Notes: generated by a model not told the origin, from the sequence alone. DNA of 64,000 nt from a bacterium (GCA_009995545.1 JAACPI010000002.1:2965-66964); one strand, 5' to 3'. Numbered from the stretch's first letter, positions 36,676 to 47,080 are shown. Translations and numbers: made by a program.

Positions 36676-37266
36676 CTATTTCTTATAAATTAAACCGTGG
36701 GAAGTTTTTTGTTCAAAAAAATTATAACCAAAAACTTCGGGAGTTAGCCTGTGACTATCTGGAACTAAGACACCTCCACTAGCTAGAAAATACCAACCTA
36801 GTGCAAAAAGAGTGTAGTCGTCGTGCATCTCCGACTGTATAGCAGTGACCAAATCGAATTTTCCTCGTAAATCAGCCACTTTTTTTGGAAGAAAACTGTC
36901 CAAAGATTCTAACTGTTTTCTAATACCTGCCGTCCTGATTATGGTGGCTAAATTTACCAAATTAAATGTATGAAAGTTACTTTCAGGCACAGGGGGTATT
37001 TTGGGTAGTGATCTGTCAACGCAATGCATATTACCCGGCTCCCAACCTCTTTTTTGCAACTCAAGGGCCATAGCTCCCTGACCAGCAAATAAATCTAAAA
37101 CATTAGGGTGGGTAGTTGGTTTTATGCGACTCTCAACAAATCTTGCAACAGAAACTGGATATTCCGGCATTTGAAAGGAGAAATAAGAGTAGGGGTCCTC
37201 ATTAATCAACGGTTCGGAAACATCTACAACTAGTGTATAAGGCCACTCATCAAGTTTAGGAATCAT
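36676..37266 (-). CDS. Class I SAM-dependent methyltransferase-like protein
   Basis: VLDLFAGQG motif I, HCVD, KFDLV, LASGG. Probable start is the ATG at 37266 behind TGaTATCAT. Confidence 0.7.
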   Translation of the reverse strand: MIPKLDEWPYTLVVDVSEPLINEDPYSYFSFQMPEYPVSVARFVESRIKPTTHPNVLDLFAGQGAMALELQKRGWEPGNMHCVDRSLPKIPPVPESNFHTFNLVNLATIIRTAGIRKQLESLDSFLPKKVADLRGKFDLVTAIQSEMHDDYTLFALGWYFLASGGVLVPDSHRLTPEVFGYNFFEQKTSHGLIYKK

Positions 37267-37483
37267 GTGAATAAATGATATCACTACACAACTTCCACAC
37301 AAACCTAATTATTACTGACCCCCACATACTTAAAACCCAATTGAGGGAACATCTCTGGATTTTCCGTTAAATTTTAATCCTGACCAGATCTCTCTCATCA
37401 ACTTATGAAGCAGTGACTTAGAACCCTTATTATAGGATTGTAGGCGATTATACAGCATTTTAAAAAGTAAACTAAGGTTAAGA

Positions 37484-37942
37484 TTACTTAAAAGATAACG
37501 AAATAGTCTTGTCTAAAATAATTAAGGCCTTTCTGGTTTCTTCAGTTAAGTCATAATCCTTCAGCGCCTTGTTTACAGAAACCCAAACATAAGAATCATG
37601 TTCGGCACTTAGCTTAACTGTACCCGCAATCTTTTTTGTGACCCCAAACAGTTGTACGTAAGTTAAACCCTTATACTTTCCCACAGGTAAAATACCACTG
37701 TTGTAGTACGCAACTCGGTTTACTGGCAGCACCATTAAACCAGTCTCCTCCATAACCTCGCGCTCCAAAGCATCTGCGATATCTTGGCCTTTGTCTAATT
37801 TTCCGCCCGGGACTTCCCACTGAAGAGGTTTATAGAGATCTTTAGAGGATCTTTGAATTAACAAAATCTTATCTTTCCCTAGAACAATTGCCCTATTTAT
37901 TAGCAAAAGTCTAGGGCGTTCAGATATATCTTTCTTACTCAT
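37484..37942 (-). CDS. NUDIX hydrolase (MutT-like)
   Basis: LLIQRS, WEVPGGKLDKGQDIADALEREVMEETGL, LSAEHDSYVW. Confidence 0.9.
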   Translation of the reverse strand: MSKKDISERPRLLLINRAIVLGKDKILLIQRSSKDLYKPLQWEVPGGKLDKGQDIADALEREVMEETGLMVLPVNRVAYYNSGILPVGKYKGLTYVQLFGVTKKIAGTVKLSAEHDSYVWVSVNKALKDYDLTEETRKALIILDKTISLSFK

Positions 37943-37986
37943 TAAGTAATTATATATAAAATAGATAGTTTATGCTATAATTAAAC

Positions 37987-38322
37987 TATAGGATGTAGTT
38001 CTGATGGCTCCTTAAATTTATTTAAGGAGAGGAAAGTCCGGACTGCAAAGAGCAGGGATAGGGTTGCAAAACCCTTAGCAGAAATGTTAGGTGTTGTTTA
38101 CTCGAAAGGGTAAACAAACAGAAGGTGAGTTAACACCCTCTGAGAGCCGCAGAGACGAGCCTTTGGCTAAGCTTTGGCAACAAGGTATGTCGAAGGGTGA
38201 AACGTGGCAATCCCACCCGCAGCAACTCAAATTAGAACCTATGGTTCGGCTCGAACGGGTTCGTGGTAGAGGCAAAGATAAATCATCAGTTAAAACAGAA
38301 TCCGGCTTATTCACATCCTATA
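37987..38322 (+). ncRNA. rnpB: RNase P RNA
   Basis: Conserved GAGGAAAGTCCGG and AACAGAATCCGGCTTA (P4), GGGTGAAAC, terminal P1 helix tataggatgt/acatcctata; TGcTATAAT promoter immediately upstream. Confidence 0.95.
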
Positions 38323-38359
38323 CATTTAAACTTCACTCACCTTAAATAAGGTGAGTACT

Positions 38360-38391
38360 CTTATCTATTTCTTATCTTCGCCGTGTAGTAT
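38360..38391 (+). promoter_or_regulatory. Exporter promoter with CTTAT-N6-CTTAT direct repeat
   Basis: cttat ctattt cttat, then 10 nt, then TAGTAT; same geometry as the boxes at 16329 and 18045. Confidence 0.55.
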
Positions 38392-38426
38392 GTTAAAAGA
38401 TAACTAAATAATTTATTAAACTAAAA

Positions 38427-39668
38427 ATGAAGCTCCTTAAAAAATTTAAAATCTTACTGGTCATATTATTAGTAATGGTCGGGGGTGGAACTTTTTACTA
38501 TTTTAAATACTACAAACCTTCTCAAAACAATATTTCTCAAAAACAAGAAATAACATTTAAAGCCCAAAAAGGAACTCTAAGGGATACCGTATCAGCATCT
38601 GGACAAATACAAAGTGCCAACTATTTACCGATAAATACTAGTGTTAATGGGATTGTAAAAAAAGTTTATGTAAAAGAAGGCGATACTGTTAAAAAAGGAC
38701 AAGCCATAATGGAAATAACCCTAAATTCAGATGGAGAACAAAGTTTAGAGTCAGTCAGGTCTAGCTATTTATCTGCAAAAAATTCTTTAGAAAAAGCTAA
38801 AACTTCGCTAATTTCCGCCGAAAATAATTTAATAAACGCTAAAGAAGCTTTTACAACTGAAAAGGAACATAACAGCTACCAAAATCACGATGAAAGAATT
38901 GCTTTTTCCTTAGCCGAAAATAACCAAACTATTGCTCAAGCTAATTATGAGATTCAACAACAATCGATAAACCAAGCACAAATTGCAGTAAACGAGTCCT
39001 GGTTAAATTACCAGGCACAATCCCCTACCATACTGTCTCCGGGAGATGGCGTAATATCTAATATTGTTATTGTAGAAGGTATGGATATATCTAATTCACT
39101 TTCAGTAAAAACTTCGGCAACGGTTGCATCTATAAGAACTCCTGGAACTCCAATAGCTTTAATTAACATTAGTGAGGTGGATATCAACAAAATTAAAGTA
39201 GGGCAAAAAGCAGAGCTCACTCTTGCAAGTATTAGCAATAAAACTTTTGAAGGTGAAATTGTAGGTCTAGACAAAATTGGAACCTCCTCTAGTGGCGTGG
39301 CTAATTACCCTGTAATAATAAAATTTAATGAAGAATCAGAAAGTGTTTTGCCAAATATGGGAGTTGATACAGATATAATTATTAATGAAAAACCGGATGC
39401 GGTATATATTCCAACCTCGGCTATATCTCCTGTTAAAGGGCAAAAAACTGTAAAAATTAAAGATGGGGATAGTTTCAAAAATGTAAATATAGAAACAGGA
39501 ATTTCAACCACACAATATACAGAAGTAATATCTGGAGTAAACGAAGGTGAAGAGGTGCAAGTGACTACACTTCCAACCTCAGGTTTTACCAACGCAACAG
39601 AGGGCACCTCTAGAACTGGCGGGGCCGGAATTTTCCCTGGAGCTGGCGGGGGAACCTTTAGGAGATAA
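38427..39668 (+). CDS. MacA/YknX-like periplasmic adaptor (membrane fusion) protein
   Basis: N-terminal TM, VKEGDTVKKGQ lipoyl half-motif, coiled coil, SEVDINKIKVGQ, EVISGVNEGE. Confidence 0.92.
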   Translation: MKLLKKFKILLVILLVMVGGGTFYYFKYYKPSQNNISQKQEITFKAQKGTLRDTVSASGQIQSANYLPINTSVNGIVKKVYVKEGDTVKKGQAIMEITLNSDGEQSLESVRSSYLSAKNSLEKAKTSLISAENNLINAKEAFTTEKEHNSYQNHDERIAFSLAENNQTIAQANYEIQQQSINQAQIAVNESWLNYQAQSPTILSPGDGVISNIVIVEGMDISNSLSVKTSATVASIRTPGTPIALINISEVDINKIKVGQKAELTLASISNKTFEGEIVGLDKIGTSSSGVANYPVIIKFNEESESVLPNMGVDTDIIINEKPDAVYIPTSAISPVKGQKTVKIKDGDSFKNVNIETGISTTQYTEVISGVNEGEEVQVTTLPTSGFTNATEGTSRTGGAGIFPGAGGGTFRR

Positions 39669-39670
39669 AG

Positions 39671-40426
39671 GTGATAGAAGTAAATAACTTATCAAAAATA
39701 TACTTAAGTGGTGAAATTAAAACTACCGCTTTAGATAAAGTAAATTTTAAAATTGCTAAAGGAGAATTTGTAGCAATTGTAGGCCCTTCGGGGTCTGGAA
39801 AGTCGACCCTAATGCATATTCTAGGAGCACTAGATGTTGCAACTAGTGGAGAATACGTTTTAAACGGGACAGGTATAGAAGATATGGACGATGACAGATT
39901 AGCTGAAATTAGAAATAAAGAAATAGGGTTTATATTTCAATCTTATAATCTATTACCCCGAAGCTCCACACTTAAAAATGTAATGTTACCTATGATGTAT
40001 GCGGGTATTGATAAAAAAGAAAGGCTAGCAAGGGCAATGGATGCCCTAAAATCGGTAGGTCTGGAAGATAAGATACGTAACACGCCTGTGCAACTTTCTG
40101 GTGGACAAAAACAACGCGTAGCTATTGCAAGGGCACTATCTATGAGTCCCAGTATACTTTTAGCCGACGAGCCTACAGGAAACTTACCAACCGGACAAAG
40201 CCAAGAGATAATGGATATTTTTCAAAAATTAAACAATAAAGGACACACAGTTTTAGTAATTACCCACGAAGATGATATAGCGGCCAGAGCTAAAAGAGTT
40301 ATTACGTTGGTAGACGGAAAAATATTTAGCGATAAATTAACAAAAAAGGATAAAAAGACAAAATTCAAAAATATATCAGCAGAAAATAAGATAAAAGCTA
40401 ACAAAATTAAAAAGAAAAGAAAATGA
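39671..40426 (+). CDS. ABC transporter ATP-binding protein (MacB/LolD type)
   Basis: GPSGSGKST, LSGGQKQRVAIARAL, LADEPTGNL. Confidence 0.96.
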   Translation: MIEVNNLSKIYLSGEIKTTALDKVNFKIAKGEFVAIVGPSGSGKSTLMHILGALDVATSGEYVLNGTGIEDMDDDRLAEIRNKEIGFIFQSYNLLPRSSTLKNVMLPMMYAGIDKKERLARAMDALKSVGLEDKIRNTPVQLSGGQKQRVAIARALSMSPSILLADEPTGNLPTGQSQEIMDIFQKLNNKGHTVLVITHEDDIAARAKRVITLVDGKIFSDKLTKKDKKTKFKNISAENKIKANKIKKKRK

Positions 40427-41610
40427 AAACCATTGAATTACTTCAAGAGAGTGTGGAAGTATTAACTACAAATAAACTAAGAACGGCTCTTTCCGCCTTA
40501 GGAATAATAATAGGTATTGGATCTGTAATTACTTTAATGACCCTGGGCCAAGCAAGCCAACAAAGTGTAACAGATAGAATACAATCTCTTGGAGCAAATT
40601 TGCTTACTATCTCACCAAGTAAAAGAGGGGGAACAACTCTTACTTACAAAGATGCTACAGCGATTGCAGATTCTCAAAGAATAAACACCATTGATAAAGT
40701 TTCGGCCACATATACTGCAGACGCTAATGTATCCTACGGGGCAGTCAGTGATAGTGCACAAATAACTGGGATATCTGAAAACTTTTTTATAATGCGAAAT
40801 GTTGAGCTTGTTGAGGGACGTTTTTTAAGTGAACAAGACGATTTATTATCCAGCAAGAGTGTAGTTGTGAATAGCACTTTTATAACTAACTTTATGCCGG
40901 ATACTAGAAACCACTTAGGAGAGGAAATACGGGTAAATGGAACTACCTTTATTGTTGTAGGAGTCACCAAAGACGTATCTAGCTTTGGAAGAACAGAAAA
41001 TAGCTTGTATGTGCCCTTATCTACAGCACAAAATGTTTTATTTGGAGTTAAGTATGTTAGTACAATTTATGTAGATGCCCTAAATGAAAGCGTAATGGAG
41101 GATGCACAAAATCAAGTTGGGTTTTTACTAATGGAACAACACGGTATTAAGGACCCCCTAGATGCTGATTTTACAATCTCTTCTCAGGCAGATATCTTAC
41201 AAACTGTTAGCCAGGTTACCCAAACCTTTACAACACTTTTAACGGGGATAGCGGCTATTTCTTTAGTTGTTGGAGGAATTGGAATTATGAATATTATGCT
41301 AGTTACAGTTACGGAACGAACACGAGAAATTGGTATTAGAAAAGCACTAGGTGCTAAAAGAAAAGCAATAATTTTACAATTTTTAATTGAAGCAATTCTG
41401 CTAACCTTTACAGGTGGTTTAATAGGGGTAATTTTAGGCGTGGGTCTCTCCACAATACTAACTAATGCTTTTTCTCTACCAAGTACTATCTCGCTTGTAT
41501 CTATAGTATTAGCTGTATCCGTTTCGATCGGAATTGGAATTATATTTGGAATATATCCAGCCCAAAAAGCGGCCAAGCTTAACCCAATAGATGCTCTGAG
41601 ATACGAGTAA
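40423..41610 (+). CDS. ABC transporter permease (MacB/FtsX type)
   Basis: NKLRTALSALGIIIG, GGIGIMNIMLVTVTERTREIGIRKALGA, PIDALRYE. Confidence 0.96.
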   Translation: MKTIELLQESVEVLTTNKLRTALSALGIIIGIGSVITLMTLGQASQQSVTDRIQSLGANLLTISPSKRGGTTLTYKDATAIADSQRINTIDKVSATYTADANVSYGAVSDSAQITGISENFFIMRNVELVEGRFLSEQDDLLSSKSVVVNSTFITNFMPDTRNHLGEEIRVNGTTFIVVGVTKDVSSFGRTENSLYVPLSTAQNVLFGVKYVSTIYVDALNESVMEDAQNQVGFLLMEQHGIKDPLDADFTISSQADILQTVSQVTQTFTTLLTGIAAISLVVGGIGIMNIMLVTVTERTREIGIRKALGAKRKAIILQFLIEAILLTFTGGLIGVILGVGLSTILTNAFSLPSTISLVSIVLAVSVSIGIGIIFGIYPAQKAAKLNPIDALRYE

Positions 41611-41663
41611 TATCGATTTAACAGACTAATGTACTATAATTATCAGTAAAGGTGGTGATAAAT

Positions 41664-42050
41664 ATGCAAGGATACACAGATAACATAGAAGAGCTAACCC
41701 TTAAAAACACAAACTTTAGACAAGTTTTGTTTACAGGAAAACATACTCAACTCGTACTAATGTGCTTAAAACCAGGAGAAGAAATTGGTAAAGAGATACA
41801 CCATAACCTAGATCAATTTTTTAGGTTTGAAAAAGGACAAGGTAAAGTTATTATTGGCGAAGTCGAAACATCTGTAAAAGATGGATCAGCCGTAATAGTA
41901 CCCGGAGGCGCGGAACACAATATCATAAATACTTCTTCAACTGAAGATTTAAAACTTTACACACTGTACTCACCACCAAATCACAAAGACGGAACTATTC
42001 ACGTTACAAAAGCAGAAGCAGATTTAGCCGAAGAACATTACGAGGGGTAA
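41664..42050 (+). CDS. Cupin domain protein
   Basis: NFRQVLFTG, EIHHNLDQFF, HNIINT, LYTLYSPPNH; ATG at 41664 after SD aaggtggtga. Confidence 0.9.
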   Translation: MQGYTDNIEELTLKNTNFRQVLFTGKHTQLVLMCLKPGEEIGKEIHHNLDQFFRFEKGQGKVIIGEVETSVKDGSAVIVPGGAEHNIINTSSTEDLKLYTLYSPPNHKDGTIHVTKAEADLAEEHYEG

Positions 42051-42202
42051 GTCATAAAGTACTTTTTTGCAATATAAACCAGTAATCCTAGTGCTAAGCT
42101 ATTTGCACGAATTGGCTTTAACAAAAGGTAAAATTGGCTATACTACTTGCTTGTTTGGTTACTTTAGAATGATATAATTTTTAATATTAGGGGGTGATAT
42201 TT

Positions 42203-42814
42203 ATGAAAAAAAGAAGACTTACTAAAAGTCTAATAACAATACTGCTACTTTCAATAGTTGCAATACCAACTACATATGCTTCTTTAGTAACAAATACTGT
42301 TGCTTTAGCAGGCAATACCGTAAATACAGCCACTGCTGAGATGGCTATCTGTAATAAAGATGGTGTAGATTCTTGGATGACAACTCTTACAGGACAATCA
42401 TTTACTGTAAGTAATTTAGCACCCGGAAGTATTTCTTCACTTTTTACCGATAGAATATACGTTGGAAATGATGGTGGTAATTTAGATAGCTCAACTGGGT
42501 GTTCTTCTTACGATGCCTCTTACACGCCAGGAACTTCTGCCATAAATATGGAAATAGTTCCTAGTTTAACCAATGTAAATTGTGGTAGCACCTTTGACTT
42601 ACAAAACGCACTTCAGGTAGAGTTTGTTGTTGGTGGGGTTTCCTCAGATTACCAATCTCTAAACAACTGGTCATTTAATTCAACTGCATTTGGAAGTACC
42701 CTGTTACCAGACGACGCTCAAACAATTGAAGTTAACACAAAACTTTCTAACGACTTTGATGTCCAGGGAGGTACCTGTTCTTTCGATCTGCAATTAAAAG
42801 GAAGACAAATCTAA
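42203..42814 (+). CDS. TasA/CalY-like secreted protein with SipW-type signal peptide
   Basis: Signal ending PTTYA followed by NTVNTAT, NLAPG, and C-terminal QGGTCSFDL..GRQ; upstream of a SipW homologue; strong SD. Confidence 0.65.
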   Translation: MKKRRLTKSLITILLLSIVAIPTTYASLVTNTVALAGNTVNTATAEMAICNKDGVDSWMTTLTGQSFTVSNLAPGSISSLFTDRIYVGNDGGNLDSSTGCSSYDASYTPGTSAINMEIVPSLTNVNCGSTFDLQNALQVEFVVGGVSSDYQSLNNWSFNSTAFGSTLLPDDAQTIEVNTKLSNDFDVQGGTCSFDLQLKGRQI

Positions 42815-42824
42815 AATAACTTAT

Positions 42825-42860
42825 ATTATTAGTGAGAGGGTTTAAACTCTCACTAATAAT
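42825..42860. repeat. Perfect 14-bp inverted repeat between the TasA-like gene and sipW
   Basis: attattagtgagag-ggtttaaa-ctctcactaataat. Confidence 0.8.
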
Positions 42861-42865
42861 CAGTT

Positions 42866-43417
42866 ATGAAAAAATATTTGTTACTTTCTCTAAAAACCTT
42901 AAATATACTTATATTACTCTGTTTTACTTTTTCGACAGTGCTAGTTGTCGCCAACCTAGGCTTTATACCCTTAAAATATCGCGCTTTTGCTGTAGCTAGT
43001 AGGAGTATGTATCCTGTAATGGAAAAGGGGGATTTAATATTTGCAGATAGATCTGGAAATCAAACCTATAATGTGGGTGACATCGCGGTCTTTGAAGAAC
43101 CAGGTTATAAAAACCGGTTTGTGGTACATAGAATTGTAGAATCTACCGAACCAGGGTACATAACCAGAGGAGACAACAATGCCGCTAACGATAATTGGGT
43201 AGTAAATCAAAGTAGCATACAAGGAAAGTACATTAAAAAGATAGCAAAACTTGGAGATTTTTTGCTGTTTTTAAGAACCCTACCAGGAATAATTATTTTT
43301 ATAGTCATACCAGTCATATATTTAGTAGCACTAGAAGTAAATGTGATAATAAATGAGGTTATAGAACACAGAATGCGCAAAGCGGCTAAACCAGAAAGTG
43401 TAACTTCTATCAAATAA
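42866..43417 (+). CDS. sipW: Signal peptidase I, archaeal/ER-type (SipW)
   Basis: VASRSMYP (Ser), GDL, VVHRIV (His), TRGDNNAAND; N- and C-terminal TM. Confidence 0.9.
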   Translation: MKKYLLLSLKTLNILILLCFTFSTVLVVANLGFIPLKYRAFAVASRSMYPVMEKGDLIFADRSGNQTYNVGDIAVFEEPGYKNRFVVHRIVESTEPGYITRGDNNAANDNWVVNQSSIQGKYIKKIAKLGDFLLFLRTLPGIIIFIVIPVIYLVALEVNVIINEVIEHRMRKAAKPESVTSIK

Positions 43418-43511
43418 ATACAGCCTGTAAGATAGTAGAAAGTTTTATAGTGTGCACAAATAACCTTTTCAAAATAAGATATTCTTTTTAATTAACTATA
43501 TAATTATCTTT

Positions 43512-44939
43512 ATGTTACAACTGCTCTTTTCATTTTTATTCTTTTTTAATAGTCAAAATATTGTAACTGCTTCAGCAGACAATAATAAGATATTTTTTTC
43601 TAATAAATCTGACTTTTCAACTAGTACAACAGAGTTCGATGCGGGAGAAAAAGTTTATATTAAAATACAAAGCACTGACCTAATTAATCTGGAGGGTAAG
43701 AATGATCTGTCTTTATTCGATTCTAATGGTTCTGAAGAGCTCACAGGGTCTTTTAACAAGGAATCAGAGTCAGACTTTCGGGCTAATTTTATCTTTCCAA
43801 ACAATAAAGACTTACACTATTTAAAAATTAGGCTTGCAGACAATCAAGGTAATAACTTTGAATTAGACACCAACTTGGGTTCTAAATATCAATTTAAAAA
43901 AAGCAGATTTTTTGAAGATGTCGGCTTTAAAACAGAAAAAGATGAGTTTTCTAATAACGAAGATATTTTTTACAAGGGTTATCTAGGTAATTTTAACTCA
44001 GATAAAATTACTATTAATATTAAAAACACTAAGGGTGAAATCAAAACTGTAAACGGTAGTAATATAGTTAACAGAAGTGACTGGTTAGAACTTGACTTAT
44101 ACAAGGGCTTAAACCCATTTTTATATTCTAAAGGGTTATTTTCTCTGATTGTGAAAAACACAGAATCCACACAAACTATTAGTAAATACTTTTACATTAA
44201 CGAGCTTAAACCTGTAGTATCTATAACTTTCCCTTTGGAAAATACCGAAGTTATGGGAAATACAGATATAATTGGTACTGCCTTTTCTGACGATTTAGAC
44301 TATTACGAGCTGAAATACCAAAAAAACGGGGACAAGGATTGGATAAGTATAAAAACAGCAGGTACCAATGTAATAAACGGCAAACTAGGGACTTGGGATA
44401 CGAATAACCTAAGTAACGGAAACTACCTACTCTCCCTTGTAGTTAAGGCTAAAAGCGGTGAAGAAGAAACAACGGTTAAAAACCTTACAGCCGCAAGTTT
44501 TAGTGGGAAGTTTGCAATTAGAATCCCAACAAATGCAGGGTTAGGTACTACTAAAGTTTCAACATCCCCCCAGTATATAGAAGGCAAAGTAGGGAGTAGT
44601 AATAGCAGAGGTATATCGGTGCAGGACGACAGAGGTACATTCGATGGATGGTCGCTGACTATGACTGCCTCGGACTTTTATAGCGGAGAGAGTGTAATTG
44701 ATGTTAGTAATTTAACAGTGGAGCCTAAAGATTTAGTAATAAACAAAGGTAAGAGCGACAAGGTAAAGTTAGGAGATAAGCATACTTTTACCGGGGAGAA
44801 CGACTCCACCTCTATAATGTATGCACCTAAAGACTACGGTACAGGAACCTATTACAGCACCTTGGGAATAAATCTTAGGGTCCCTCCAAATGTTGTTGCA
44901 GGAAGTTACAAAGCAATTTTGTACTTTACTTTACTCTAA
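43512..44939 (+). CDS. Large secreted protein with Ig-like domains and C-terminal WxL domain
   Basis: Ig-like ITFP...IIGTA...YELKY...WDT..L.NG.Y. WxL segment VQDDRGTFDGWSLT...LRVPPNVVAGSYKAILYFTL. Confidence 0.75.
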   Translation: MLQLLFSFLFFFNSQNIVTASADNNKIFFSNKSDFSTSTTEFDAGEKVYIKIQSTDLINLEGKNDLSLFDSNGSEELTGSFNKESESDFRANFIFPNNKDLHYLKIRLADNQGNNFELDTNLGSKYQFKKSRFFEDVGFKTEKDEFSNNEDIFYKGYLGNFNSDKITINIKNTKGEIKTVNGSNIVNRSDWLELDLYKGLNPFLYSKGLFSLIVKNTESTQTISKYFYINELKPVVSITFPLENTEVMGNTDIIGTAFSDDLDYYELKYQKNGDKDWISIKTAGTNVINGKLGTWDTNNLSNGNYLLSLVVKAKSGEEETTVKNLTAASFSGKFAIRIPTNAGLGTTKVSTSPQYIEGKVGSSNSRGISVQDDRGTFDGWSLTMTASDFYSGESVIDVSNLTVEPKDLVINKGKSDKVKLGDKHTFTGENDSTSIMYAPKDYGTGTYYSTLGINLRVPPNVVAGSYKAILYFTLL

Positions 44940-46117
44940 ACTATACTAGTGATGTGCTGAATAGAGCTTGAAATTTTAGCGGCTTTTTTCTTTTTACTAT
45001 GCCTTTTAGACGAATATTCACCACTAAAGTTAAGAGTGCTTATTTCATCTCTAAAGGTATTACGAACCTCCTGCTTAATCGAAGAAATAATAAAATCTAA
45101 ATCTTCTTGGTGAATTCTAGAGATACTATTTGTACTATTACCCACATACTCACCCTCAATTAGATTAGAGACAACATTTTCCCATTTTTTATTTATCGAT
45201 TTTACCTGTTTTCTTCTTATAACAAACCATCTAGTAAAGTAAAAAGTAGCCAGGGAAAAAATCACAAAAATCACAGAGCCGACAATCCCTAGAATAGCCA
45301 TTTTCTTTTTTGAAGTATAATTAAAGCCCTCAGTGAATGTTAGGGGCTGTAGGCCGCCATAGCTAAGCTGAGCGTTAACTTCGTAGTTTCCGATAGGATC
45401 TAAATTTACATCTAGAGGATGATTTATTTCTTGTGTATCTCCAGGAAGAATAATTATGGGAGAGGTATATAGGTAAGTTCTTTCAGAGCTAATAAACTTT
45501 TTAAATTTTAAATTTTTCAAGGTATAGTCAATTCTTATACCTTCTATTTTAGTATTACCAAGATTTGTTAATTTTATTTTTGCAGTAGGTTTGTCATTTT
45601 CAACTATCACAGAAAATGTGGCATCCACTTTCCTTTCTAAATCACCATTAACCAATAAATTAACTTTGCTTTCACCTAAAACTTCTCCAGTGTCAGCATC
45701 CTTTACTAAAATACCTCCTAGATATTCTCCAGGATCGGATCCTTCTGGGACTGATAAAAGTAAATTTATATCAGTTTTCTCACCTTTTATTAAGTCAAAT
45801 TTATCAACAGGGAGTTTAAGATAATCTAGTATTTTATATTTCTGAGTTATATCATACTGCGCTTGCCCCTCATATGAACCTTTGACACCAGCAAGCTCCA
45901 ACTTAATACTTAAATCCCCTTCGCTTAAGTTAACTAATCTAAAAGGAACACTTTTTGATTCTCCCGGGTTTAAAATATCTTCAAAATTTACGGATTTAGA
46001 ATCAGTAGGCTTTATACCAACCTTTAATTCAGAGGAGTAAGTTGACTTACTTGTGTGTAACAAATACACCAAAATTAAAAGGGCAATATAAATTATATTT
46101 AACCTCTTTCTTTTCAT
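44936..46117 (-). CDS. DUF916-like WxL-interacting protein with C-terminal TM and cytoplasmic tail
   Basis: Signal peptide, LNPGES, VPEGSDPGEYLGGI, LTNLGNT, TM followed by an RRK basic tail. Confidence 0.7.
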   Translation of the reverse strand: MKRKRLNIIYIALLILVYLLHTSKSTYSSELKVGIKPTDSKSVNFEDILNPGESKSVPFRLVNLSEGDLSIKLELAGVKGSYEGQAQYDITQKYKILDYLKLPVDKFDLIKGEKTDINLLLSVPEGSDPGEYLGGILVKDADTGEVLGESKVNLLVNGDLERKVDATFSVIVENDKPTAKIKLTNLGNTKIEGIRIDYTLKNLKFKKFISSERTYLYTSPIIILPGDTQEINHPLDVNLDPIGNYEVNAQLSYGGLQPLTFTEGFNYTSKKKMAILGIVGSVIFVIFSLATFYFTRWFVIRRKQVKSINKKWENVVSNLIEGEYVGNSTNSISRIHQEDLDFIISSIKQEVRNTFRDEISTLNFSGEYSSKRHSKKKKAAKISSSIQHITSIV

Positions 46118-46124
46118 GGCAAGC

Positions 46125-47075
46125 CTACTTTTTTATTCTTGACGAAGTAGAGCGTCTTACAATAGAAACAAACATCAATAATAAAAATATAAAAGAAATA
46201 GTTATGGCTATCTTAGCCTTTTTTGTAACATAAAAAATTTCAACTTCTTGTTCAGAAATTTCGTTTACCTTATCACCATAATTAACCTGTGCTTTAACAA
46301 TATATTTTCCAAGCCATGCTGATTTGTCCCAAGTAATAGGCACTTCTGTAGGACTTCCGGGTAAAACTAGACGTAAGTCAATGGGAAAAGTTTCTGCAGT
46401 AGCACCTGTAAAATAGTTTATAATTTTAATTTCCCCTTTGGGTTCTAACCGAACGTTACCGTGATTAGTTAATCCAAAATCCATGCCTACTTTGTCATTA
46501 TCATTAAGACTCGCCGTAAATTTTGTGATTTCTAGATCTTTTTTTAATTCCCCAGGCACATTTAAGTAAAACCTAACCCCTACTCTAGTCTTTATAGCTA
46601 GCTGTAGCCCACTGGACTCTCCCTGCTCACCTTTTTGATCAGTTTGAAATACAGAAATTCCTCCTAAGTAGTCCCCGGATTCAGTACCCTTTGGAACATC
46701 TACTTTAAAGGGGATTGTTATGGATTCATCATTAGCTAAAGTTATTTCTTTTTTCTCTACTGCCAACCATTTGCCTATGTGATTCTTTTCCTCCCCAGGG
46801 TTCTCTAATGTAAAAGCGCCGTCTTTTGTAGTCAACCCATCGGCAGCCTCAATCACAAAATTTCCAGATTTTCCGGTACCGTTGGTAACTACGATAGAGT
46901 TTTTATACTCCTCACCGGGGTAAAGTTCCACCTCGAATCTACTCTTTGTAGTGGGGTCTGAAGGATTGTAATCTTTTGGAAAAATATTCACACCACCAAA
47001 ATTAGCAGCACTGATTACACCCATGTTTAAAAATATTAAGCTAATTAAAGATATTAAAAAATTATACATATTCAT
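46125..47075 (-). CDS. DUF916/DUF3324-type WxL-interacting protein
   Basis: LYPGE, ADGLTTKDG, VPKGTESGDYLGGI, RVGVRFYLNVPG, NHGNV, C-terminal TM plus basic tail. Confidence 0.8.
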   Translation of the reverse strand: MNMYNFLISLISLIFLNMGVISAANFGGVNIFPKDYNPSDPTTKSRFEVELYPGEEYKNSIVVTNGTGKSGNFVIEAADGLTTKDGAFTLENPGEEKNHIGKWLAVEKKEITLANDESITIPFKVDVPKGTESGDYLGGISVFQTDQKGEQGESSGLQLAIKTRVGVRFYLNVPGELKKDLEITKFTASLNDNDKVGMDFGLTNHGNVRLEPKGEIKIINYFTGATAETFPIDLRLVLPGSPTEVPITWDKSAWLGKYIVKAQVNYGDKVNEISEQEVEIFYVTKKAKIAITISFIFLLLMFVSIVRRSTSSRIKK

Positions 47076-47080
47076 TTATT

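Noticed and set aside
38087-38345. Two short overlapping ORFs (75 and 84 aa)
   Set aside because: They lie within or almost entirely within the RNase P RNA gene; spurious.
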